Under the pieces are notes generated by a model. That model worked only from the letters and a program-made list of their open reading frames with translations. It was not told the origin of the DNA and searched no databases. 64,000 nt of DNA from Octopus sinensis (taxonomy: Eukaryota): contig NC_043002.1 of assembly GCF_006345805.1 (NCBI RefSeq), positions 91,698,001 to 91,762,000 of the forward strand, in the 5' to 3' direction. Both the position numbers and the translations under genes were made by a program. Numbering within the stretch: the stretch's first letter is position 1; every line of letters begins with the position of its first letter. Positions 54,050-63,840 of the stretch are shown here, in pieces.

Positions 54050-54251
54050 ATTCAACAATATTAAGGAATGGCCTTGATAGGCCATTCGACCCACTAGTAA
54101 GAGCAGCTAAACTCAAACCGCTAAATAGATGTAATTCAGAAACCAAAGGAAAATTTGGTTTCTGAATTACAACTATTTAGCGGTTTGAGTTTAGCTGCCC
54201 TTTCTAGTGGGTCGAATGGCCTATCAAGGCCATTCCTTAATATTGTTGAAT
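54050..54251. repeat. Near-perfect palindrome, 98-bp arms and 6-nt loop, between (TA)n tracts
   Basis: 54050-54147 is the reverse complement of 54154-54251, with 3 mismatches seen by eye. Confidence 0.9.
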
Positions 54252-54343
54252 GTATATTATATAGTCTGTTGACTATTTTTCTTTCACTGGACCGCTGGTG
54301 TCGGCGAAAAATTTCTTTTGAATTTTTTGCTACCCTGATATTG

Positions 54344-54388
<45 letters not shown>

Positions 54389-54390
54389 AT

Positions 54391-54585
54391 TAAGTATTAG
54401 AAATAGCTGAAGAAATTTCTTTAGCTGCTATTTCTAATGAGTTCAGTATGTGGCAAAGTAATTTATTTTACTAAGCCCTTATATATAATGTAATATTTTG
54501 AATTCGCCTAAAATGGTCCCTTTACATACTGAATACTTGGTGAAATTGATTAATAATTAATTAATTTTACCCTCAATTGTTGAAA
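54391..54585 (+). mobile_element. Diverged 3'-terminal fragment related to the 600-bp ribozyme array unit
   Basis: Collinear matches AGAAATAGC...GCTGCTATTTCTAA...TTC.GTATGTGG...CTAA.CCCTTA...TTTACAT.C.GAA..TACTTGGTG.AATTGAT...AATTAATTAATTT.ACCCT; flanked by (TA)n. Confidence 0.7.
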
Positions 54586-54813
54586 TATATATATATAATA
54601 TATATACATACATATATAAATGCATATATGAGTACAGGACGTCATCAACAGTAAAAAACATGAAATACGAAAACAAATGAATTCAATACGCAAAAAAAAC
54701 GAGAAACACTGATGAAGTTTTGTTCTTTAAATTACTTGTCCTGTTTTGAACTCATTTGTTTTCGTATTTCATGTTATATGCTGTTGGTGACATCGTGTAC
54801 CCATATCTACATG

Positions 54814-54859
<46 letters not shown>

Positions 54860-54879
54860 ATATATATATGGATATGTAT

Positions 54880-54894
54880 ATAAATAGATAAATG

Positions 54895-54940
<46 letters not shown>

Positions 54941-54954
54941 AAGATAGATGGATG

Positions 54955-54987
<33 letters not shown>

Positions 54988-55040
54988 GGATGGATGGATG
55001 GATGGATGGATGGATGGATGGATGGATGGATGGATGGATG

Positions 55041-55092
<52 letters not shown>
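54880..55092. repeat. (GATA)n/(GATG)n microsatellite
   Basis: Direct inspection. Confidence 0.95.
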
Positions 55093-55645
55093 TAAATGTA
55101 TGTCGTCAGTAGATCATATATCCGAAAATGAAGTACTATAAGCGTGAGGGCAGTAATGTTATTATGCAATTCAAATCTATGGACGGTAATAGAGTGAACA
55201 ATGGTTTCGTATCCATAAAGTGCTCAGCCTTATAATCAGCTCATCGGACTCTAACGGTCATTAGAATCCGACGAACCGTCTTAAAAGCTAAGCGTTTTAT
55301 GGACGCGAAACTATGGGTCACTCTGTGACCGGCCATATTCTATATATATATATGTGTGTGTGTGTGTGTACCCCTCGCTTGGGTAATTACTACTTTCGAG
55401 GTTCTGACAACTATGAAAGATATGTAGCCTGGATTTTATCTACTTCAATCTCTAATTTGCTAACCGAAAACTATAAAATAAGCTATTTCTTTCAGCTTAT
55501 CAAACATCGATATGGGAAAAAATTTACAACCTTCTAAGTCAATAAACAACTATTGTTCGTGAAAGCTGCTTTTTTGTTTTAATTTCTTCGATGGACTGTT
55601 CAAAGTTCACTACCTTCCTACACCTTGATCCTTAGATCTTACCTT

Positions 55646-55686
<41 letters not shown>

Positions 55687-55706
55687 ATATATATGCAAAT
55701 ATATAC

Positions 55707-55864
55707 AGGAGTGGCTGTGTGGTAAGTAGCTTGCTAACCAACCACATAGTTCCGGGTTCAGTCCCACTGCATGGCATCTTGGGCAAGCGACTTCTGCTAT
55801 AGCCCCGGGCCGACCAACGCCTTGTGAGTGGAATTGGTAGACGGAAACTGAAAGAAGCCGGTCG
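55707..55864 (+). mobile_element. SINE family B, 5' half (host of the ribozyme array)
   Basis: AGGAGTGGCTGTGTGGTAAGTAGCTTGCT...GAAAGAAGCCGGTCG, then (TA)n. Compare the intact copy at 63453-63840. Confidence 0.9.
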
Positions 55865-55883
55865 TATATATGTATATATATAT

Positions 55884-55917
<34 letters not shown>

Positions 55918-56202
55918 ATAATGAAGGGTGAAATTAATTAATTTGGAAAAATTATCAATTACACCAAGTAGTCTTCGGCATGTAAAAGCCTCATTCGAGG
56001 AAAATTTAAGTAATACTAAGCAATAAGGGTTTAGCAACGAGTTGCCTTACCACATACCGAATTTAGAAATAGCAGTCAAAGGGTTATAGCTATTTCTTCT
56101 ACTAAAAAGGGAGATCTCAGTAAAAACAGCATTTGGAAGGCAGACACAAACAGGTAAGAGAGAATGAATTGACTGCAATCTATCATACATTTTTTTAGTT
56201 AT

Positions 56203-56307
56203 CCACGGACGTACGTTTCGAAATCAAGTTTTTAGGAAAGCATAAGAATTAAATATTAAATATTAAATAATTCTATCTTACCGAAACTTCTTTTCTCTTC
56301 AGCGTAG
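56203..56307 (-). ncRNA. Type I hammerhead ribozyme, array copy 1
   Basis: Minus strand CUACG-CUGAAGA-[stem II GAAA..AAGUUU.../...AAACUU..UUUC]-GAAAC-GUAC-GUC|CGUGG. Confidence 0.85.
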
Positions 56308-56799
56308 AATACTATAATCATAAATGATTATATATTGAATTTTGAGATACCAGAAGGCACCAACTCAACTCAGTATCAGAGCGAGCTAGAATCCGCAACT
56401 GGTATCACCGAATTCAATTTGTGAATGAAACGATTGTGTCAACAGCCCCTTCCCACCCGCGTGTAGCCAAAACAAGATGCTGTGGTCATCTACTGAGATA
56501 AAATATGGTTATCCGTAATAATGAAGGGTGAAATTAATTAATTTGGAAAAATTATCAATTACACCAAGTAGTCTTCGGCATGTAAAAGCCTCATTCGAGG
56601 AAAATTTAAGTAATACTAAGCAATAAGGTTTAGCAACGAGTTGCTTACCACATACCGAATTTAGAAATAGCAGTCAAGGGTTATAGCTATTTCTTCTACT
56701 AAAAAGGGAGATCTCAGTAAAAACAGCATTTGGAAGGCAGACACAAACAGGTAAGAGAGAATGAATTGACTGCAATCTATCATACATTTTTTTAGTTAT

Positions 56800-56904
56800 C
56801 CACGGACGTACGTTTCGAAATCAAGTTTTTAGGAAAGCATAAGAATTAAATATTAAATATTAAATAATTCTATCTTACCGAAACTTCTTTTCTCTTCAGC
56901 GTAG
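56800..56904 (-). ncRNA. Type I hammerhead ribozyme, array copy 2
   Basis: Same motif, intact core. Confidence 0.85.
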
Positions 56905-57398
56905 AATACTATAATCATAATGATTATATATTGAATTTTGAGATACCAGAAGGCACCAACTCAACTCAGTATCAGAGCGAGCTAGAATCCGCAACTGGTA
57001 TCACCGAATTCAATTTGTGAATGAAACGATTGTGTCAACAGCCCCTTCCCACCCGCGTGTAGCCAAAACAAGATGCTGTGGTCATCTACTGAGATAAAAT
57101 ATGGTTATCCGTAATAATGAAGGGTGAAATTAATTAATTTGGAAAAATTATCAATTACACCAAGTAGTTTTCGGCATGTAAAAGCCTCATTCGAGGAAAA
57201 TTTAAGTAATACTAAGCAATAAGGGTTAGCAACGAGTTGCCTTACCACATACCGAATTTAGAAATAGCAGTCAAAGGGTTATAGCTATTTCTTCTACTAA
57301 AAAGGGAGATCTCAGTAAAAACAGCATTTGGAAGGCAGACACAAACAGGTAAGAGAGAATGAATTGACTGCAATCTATCATACATTTTTTTTAGTTAT

Positions 57399-57503
57399 CC
57401 ACGGACGTACGTTTCGAAATCAAGTTTTTAGGAAAGCATAAGAATTAAATATTAAATATTAAATAATTCTATCTTACCGAAACTTCTTTTCTCTTCAGCG
57501 TAG
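57399..57503 (-). ncRNA. Type I hammerhead ribozyme, array copy 3
   Basis: Same motif, intact core. Confidence 0.85.
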
Positions 57504-57997
57504 AATACTATAATCATAAATGATTATATATTGAATTTTGAGATACCAGAAGGCACCAACTCAACTCAGTATCAGAGCGAGCTAGAATCCGCAACTGGTA
57601 TCACCGAATTCAATTTGTGAATGAAACGATTGTGTCAACAGCCCCTTCCCACCCGCGTGTAGCCAAAACAAGATGCTGTGGTCATCTACTGAGATAAAAT
57701 ATGGTTATCCGTAATAATGAAGGGTGAATTAATTAATTTGGAAAAATTATCAATTACACCAAGTAGTCTTCGGCATGTAAAAGCCTCATTCGAGGAAAAT
57801 TTAAGTAATACTAAGCAATAAGGGTTTAGCAACGAGTTGCCTTACCACATACCGAATTTAGAAATAGCAGTCAAAGGGTTATAGCTATTTCTTCTACTAA
57901 AAAGGGAGATCTCAGTAAAAACAGCATTGGAAGGCAGACACAAACAGGTAAGAGAGAATGAATTGACTGCAATCTATCATACATTTTTTTTAGTTAT

Positions 57998-58102
57998 CCA
58001 CGGACGTACGTTTCGAAATCAAGTTTTTAGGAAAGCATAAGAATTAAATATTAAATATTAAATAATTCTATCTTACCGAAACTTCTTTTCTCTTCAGCGT
58101 AG
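57998..58102 (-). ncRNA. Type I hammerhead ribozyme, array copy 4
   Basis: Same motif, intact core. Confidence 0.85.
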
Positions 58103-58461
58103 AATACTATAATCATAAATGATTATATATTGAATTTTGAGATACCAGAAGGCACCAACTCAACTCAGTATCAGAGCGAGCTAGAATCCGCAACTGGTAT
58201 CACCGAATTCAATTTGTGAATGAAACGATTGTGTCAACAGCCCCTTCCCACCCGCGTGTAGCCAAAACAAGATGCTGTGGTCATCTACTGAGATAAAATA
58301 TGGTTATCCGTCATAATGAAGGGTGAATGACACAATCGTTTCATTCACAAATTGAATTCGGTGATACCAGTTGCGGATTCTAGCTCGCTCTGATACTGAG
58401 TTGAGTTGGTGTCTTCTGGTATCTCAAAATTCAATATATAATCATTTATGATTATAGTATT

Positions 58462-58566
58462 CTACGCTGAAGAGAAAAGAAGTTTCGGTAAGATAGAATT
58501 ATTTAATATTTAATATTTAATTCTTATGCTTTCCTAAAAACTTGATTTCGAAACGTACGTCCGTGG
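58462..58566 (+). ncRNA. Type I hammerhead ribozyme, array copy 5
   Basis: Stem I CUACG/CGUGG; CUGAAGA 58467-58473; stem II 58474-58549; GAAAC-GUAC-GUC 58550-58561. Predicted cleavage after C58561. Confidence 0.85.
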
Positions 58567-59060
58567 ATAACTAAAAAAAATGTATGATAGATTGCAGTCA
58601 ATTCATTCTCTCTTACCTGTTTGTGTCTGCCTTCCAAATGCTGTTTTTACTGAGATCTCCCTTTTTAGTAGAAGAAATAGCTATAACCTTTGACTGCTAT
58701 TTCTAATTCGGTATGTGGTAAGGCAACTCGTTGCTAAACCCTTATTGCTTAGTATTACTTAAATTTTCCTCGAATGAGGCTTTTACATGCCGAAGACTAC
58801 TTGGTGTAATTGATAATTTTTCCAAATTAATTAATTTCACCCTTCATTATTACGGATAACCATATTTTATCTCAGTAGATGACCACAGCATCTTGTTTTG
58901 GCTACACGCGGGTGGGAAGGGGCTGTTGACACAATCGTTTCATTCACAAATTGAATTCGGTGATACCAGTTGCGGATTCTAGCTCGCTCTGATACTGAGT
59001 TGAGTTGGTGCCTTCTGGTATCTCAAAATTCAATATATAATCATTTATGATTATAGTATT

Positions 59061-59164
59061 CTACGCTGAAGAGAAAAGAAGTTTCGGTAAGATAGAATTA
59101 TTTAATATTTATATTTAATTCTTATGCTTTCCTAAAAACTTGATTTCGAAACGTACGTCCGTGG
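59061..59164 (+). ncRNA. Type I hammerhead ribozyme, array copy 6
   Basis: Same motif; predicted cleavage after 59159. Confidence 0.85.
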
Positions 59165-59657
59165 ATAACTAAAAAAATGTATGATAGATTGCAGTCAATC
59201 ATTCTCTCTTACCTGTTTGGTCTGCCCTCCAAATGCTGTTTTTACTGAGATCTCCCTTTTTAGTAGAAGAAATAGCTATAACCCTTTGACTGCTATTTCT
59301 AAATTCGGTATGTGGTAAGGCAACTCGTTGCTAAACCCTTATTGCTTAGTATTACTTAAATTTTCCTCGAATGAGGCTTTTACATGCCGAAGACTACTTG
59401 GTGTAATTGATAATTTTTCCAAATTAATTAATTTCACCCTTCATTATTACGGATAACCATATTTTATCTCAGTAGATGACCACAGCATCTTGTTTTGGCT
59501 ACACGCGGGTGGGAAGGGGCTGTTGACACAATCGTTTCATTCACAAATTGAATTCGGTGATACCAGTTGCGGATTCTAGCTCGCTCTGATACTGAGTTGA
59601 GTTGGTGCCTTCTGGTATCTCAAAATTCAATATATAATCATTTATGATTATAGTATT

Positions 59658-59762
59658 CTACGCTGAAGAGAAAAGAAGTTTCGGTAAGATAGAATTATTT
59701 AATATTTAATATTTAATTCTTATGCTTTCCTAAAAACTTGATTTCGAAACGTACGTCCGTGG
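59658..59762 (+). ncRNA. Type I hammerhead ribozyme, array copy 7
   Basis: Same motif; predicted cleavage after 59757. Confidence 0.85.
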
Positions 59763-60256
59763 ATAACTAAAAAAATGTATGATAGATTGCAGTCAATTCA
59801 TTCTCTCTTACCTGTTTGTGTCTGCCTTCCAAATGCTGTTTTTACTGAGATCTCCCTTTTTAGTAGAAGAAATAGCTATAACCTTTGACTGCTATTTCTA
59901 AATTCGGTATGTGGTAAGGCAACTCGTTGCTAAACCCTTATTGCTTAGTATTACTTAAATTTTCCTCGAATGAGGCTTTTACATGCCGAAGACTACTTGG
60001 TGTAATTGATAATTTTTCCAAATTAATTAATTTCACCCTTCATTATTACGGATAACCATATTTTATCTCAGTAGATGACCACAGCATCTTGTTTTGGCTA
60101 CACGCGGGTGGGAAGGGGCTGTTGACACAATCGTTTCATTCACAAATTGAATTCGGTGATACCAGTTGCGGATTCTAGCTCGCTCTGATACTGAGTTGAG
60201 TTGGTGCCTTCTGGTATCTCAAAATTCAATATATAATCATTTATGATTATAGTATT

Positions 60257-60361
60257 CTACGCTGAAGAGAAAAGAAGTTTCGGTAAGATAGAATTATTTA
60301 ATATTTAATATTTAATTCTTATGCTTTCCTAAAAACTTGATTTCGAAACGTACGTCCGTGG
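60257..60361 (+). ncRNA. Type I hammerhead ribozyme, array copy 8
   Basis: Same motif; predicted cleavage after 60356. Confidence 0.85.
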
Positions 60362-60856
60362 ATAACTAAAAAAAATGTATGATAGATTGCAGTCAATTCA
60401 TTCTCTCTTACTGTTTGTGTCTGCCTTCCAAATGCTGTTTTTACTGAGATCTCCCTTTTTAGTAGAAGAAATAGCTATAACCCTTTGACTGCTATTTCTA
60501 AATTCGGTATGTGGTAAGGCAACTCGTTGCTAAACCCTTATTGCTTAGTATTACTTAAATTTTCCTCGAATGAGGCTTTTACATGCCGAAGACTACTTGG
60601 TGTAATTGATAATTTTTCCAAATTAATTAATTTCACCCTTCATTATTACGGATAACCATATTTTATCTCAGTAGATGACCACAGCATCTTGTTTTGGCTA
60701 CACGCGGGTGGGAAGGGGCTGTTGACACAATCGTTTCATTCACAAATTGAATTCGGTGATACCAGTTGCGGATTCTAGCTCGCTCTGATACTGAGTTGAG
60801 TTGGTGCCTTCTGGTATCTCAAAATTCAATATATAATCATTTATGATTATAGTATT

Positions 60857-60961
60857 CTACGCTGAAGAGAAAAGAAGTTTCGGTAAGATAGAATTATTTA
60901 ATATTTAATATTTAATTCTTATGCTTTCCTAAAAACTTGATTTCGAAACGTACGTCCGTGG
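60857..60961 (+). ncRNA. Type I hammerhead ribozyme, array copy 9
   Basis: Same motif; predicted cleavage after 60956. Confidence 0.85.
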
Positions 60962-61147
60962 ATAACTAAAAAAATGTATGATAGATTGCAGTCAATTCAT
61001 TCTCTCTTACCTGTTTGTGTCTGCCTTCCAAATGCTGTTTTTACTGAGATCTCCCTTTTTAGTAGAAGAAATAGCTATAACCCTTTGACTGCTATTTCTA
61101 AATTCGGTATGTGGTAAGGCAACTCGTTGCTAAACCCTTATTGCTTA

Positions 61148-61150
<3 letters not shown>

Positions 61151-61195
<45 letters not shown>

Positions 61196-61400
61196 TTGTG
61201 TGTCTGTGTTTGTCCCCCTAGCATTGCTTGACAACGGATGCTGGTGTGTTTACGTCCGCGACACTTAGCGGTTCGGCAAAAGAGACCGATATAATAAGTA
61301 CTGGGCTTACAAAGAATAAGTCCCGGGGTTGCTCGACTAAAGGCGGTGCTCCAGCATGGCCGCGGTCAAATGACTGAAACAAGTAAAAGAGTAAAGAGTA
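61151..61400 (+). mobile_element. SINE family B, 3' half (continuation of 55707-55864)
   Basis: (TA)n, then GTGTCTGTGTTTGTCCCC...CTTAGCGGTTCGGCAAAAGAGACCG...GAAACAAGTAAAAGAGT. Confidence 0.9.
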
Positions 61401-61558
61401 AAACAGAGTATATATATAATACACAGATATTTAATATAATTTTTCTGAATCTTCGAATTTTTTTAAAATATGCTAGGCCACCGGTTTAAATTGATATTAA
61501 TTTAATTAATATTATTTCTTAAACTCATTATTTGAATTTATATATGTATATATATATT

Positions 61559-61636
<78 letters not shown>

Positions 61637-61676
61637 TATATACATACATACATACGTACACACATATATATATATA

Positions 61677-61894
61677 CTCTTTTACTCTTTTACTTGTTTC
61701 AGTCATTTGACTGCGGCCATGCTGGAGCACCGCCTTTAGTCGAGCAAATCGACTCCGGGACTTATTCTTTGTGAGCCCAGTACTTTTTCTATCGGTCTCT
61801 TTTGCCGAACCGCTAAGTGACGGGGACATAAACACACCAGCATCCGTTGTCAAGCAATGCTAGGGGGACAAACACAGACACACAAACACACAAA

Positions 61895-61928
<34 letters not shown>

Positions 61929-62091
61929 TATGACAGGCTTCTTTCAGTTTCTGTCTACCAAATCCACTCACAAGGCATTGGTCAGCCCGGGGCGATAGCA
62001 GAAGACACTTGCTCAAGATGTCACGCAGTGGGACCGAACCCGGAACCATGTGGTTGGTTAGCAAGCTACTTACCACACAGCCACTGCTGCG

Positions 62092-62093
<2 letters not shown>
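61677..62093 (-). mobile_element. SINE family B, full length
   Basis: Near-identical to 24843-25247. Confidence 0.9.
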
Positions 62094-62157
<64 letters not shown>

Positions 62158-62249
62158 GCATGTGTGTGTGCTTGTGTGACATGATGGCGATAAGGTTGTA
62201 GTAATAGTGTATGCAGTAGTAATAGTTTAGCGCGATTTTCTTTGTAGTT

Positions 62250-62301
<52 letters not shown>

Positions 62302-63194
62302 CAATGGTGGTGGTGGTGAGATGTGGTGCTGGGGACTACCAGTGACAGTGCAACGGTTGCTGCTGCCGCGAAACGAGACGTCCGAGTTAAAAAGAAAAAC
62401 CTCAAAATGTCTTCAACGTGATATTTCGTTGTGTGTTATCAATAGACGTTATCTCTGCGATCTATCAACGTTTATCTAAATAACAGCTGGTGTTAATTAA
62501 ACTGGCCTTTGTTTCTCTTACTCTTACATTAAACATCTTGACCTAGTTTTGTATTGCTCGAGCTATTGGGACAGAACGCATGTTTAAGTGAGATTTGTAA
62601 TCTAAATGTATCTCTGTCAGTTTCGTTGACGAGAATTCCAACTGTTTAGCTAAGCAACGTAATCATTGTATGATAGTTAGTGCAAGTAGATAAGTGTACC
62701 ACGGACACTTGTACTATTACAATATTCCTTTGGTAAAATCAGAGTAACATATGAGACATCTCTGGCTCTTTGATACGTACAGGCGATTCATATTATTACA
62801 TTGTAAGTATACGGAGTTGGATTCAACATGATACTGTGTGTGACAGACTATCTCATAAATTTCATCATTATTTTTGTATTTAGGAATAGTCATTTTGCCA
62901 TTTTAGCCAATAAAACCACACGCACTATATATTTGGTGTTACTTTGCTTCAGTGTTATTTATTTTTTACATTAAACTTAATCTTATTTCGGCCAGAGTTC
63001 TTTCGTCACACTTCTGTGACCGCATCAGTGGTCCTTTGCTTTCTTCTTTCTTATTTGTGTGTCTCTCCTTACTAACCGTCAGCCATTTTGTATTTTTTTT
63101 AAATTTCCCCTTCAGCGAACATGTTACAGAGTGGAGTCAAAGGCTGAAGCTGACGATTGCAAAACGAACGTCGAAGCTATTTGATTTTAGGCAC

Positions 63195-63380
63195 AAGACC
63201 TAAAATTTGAGGGGAGCGGGTTAGTTGATTACATCGGCCCCAGTGCTCGACTGATGCTTCTTTTATTGATCCCGAAAGGATGAAACGCAAAGACGACCCC
63301 CTGCGGAATTTGGACTCAGAACCTAAAGACGGTCGAAGTATTTCGTCAGGCTTGCTAACGATTCTGCCAGCTCATCGCTT
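63195..63380 (-). mobile_element. SINE family C
   Basis: CCCGAAAGGATGAAA...TTCTGCCAGCTC on the plus strand. Confidence 0.75.
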
Positions 63381-63452
63381 AAGTTATTAAGATAATATCA
63401 AGGTAACAATGGCTAGATATGGCAGTATTACGTATAAAATATAAGCAACATA

Positions 63453-63840
63453 GGCGTAGGAGTTGCTGTGTGGTAAGTAGCTTGCTTACGAACTACATGG
63501 TTCCGGGTTCAGTCCCACTGCGTGGCAACTTGGGCAAGTATCTTCTACTATAGCCTCAGGCCGACCAAAGCCTTGTGAGTGGATTTGGTAGGTGGAAACT
63601 GAAAGGAGCCCGTCGTATATATGTATATATATATATGTGGGGTATGTCTGTGTTTGTCCCCCCAGCATCGCCTGACAACCGATGCTGGTGTGTTTACTTC
63701 CCCGTAACTTAGCGGTTCGGCAAAAGAGACCGAATAAATAAGTACTAGGCTTCCAAAGAATAAGTCCTGGGGTCGATGTGCACAACTAAAGCGGTGCTCC
63801 AGCATGGCCACAGTCAAATTACTGAAACAAGTAAAAGAGA
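63453..63840 (+). mobile_element. SINE family B, full length and uninterrupted
   Basis: GGCGTAGGAGTTGCTGTGTGGTAAGTAGCTTGCT...GTCGTATATATG(TA)n...GAAACAAGTAAAAGAG. Confidence 0.9.

Larger units (their letters stand above)
55916..58327 (-). mobile_element. Left arm of retrozyme-like array: about 4 tandem ~600-bp units, ribozyme-sense on the minus strand
   Basis: Unit starts (TAATAATGAAGGGTG) at 55916, 56516, 57112, 57712 and a partial at 58311; lengths 600/596/600/599. Differences are mostly homopolymer indels. Confidence 0.9.
58328..61150 (+). mobile_element. Right arm of retrozyme-like array: about 4.7 tandem ~600-bp units, inverted relative to the left arm
   Basis: TGACACAATCG starts at 58328, 58927, 59524, 60123 and 60723. 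The arm ends at ...TTGCTTAGTA, running into (TA)n. Confidence 0.9.

Noticed and set aside
55916-61150. CRISPR array or simple satellite interpretation of the tandem array
   Set aside because: The units are ~600 bp and identical throughout, with no unique spacers and no cas genes, in a eukaryotic context. The intact ribozyme and inverted tail-out layout argue against a plain satellite.
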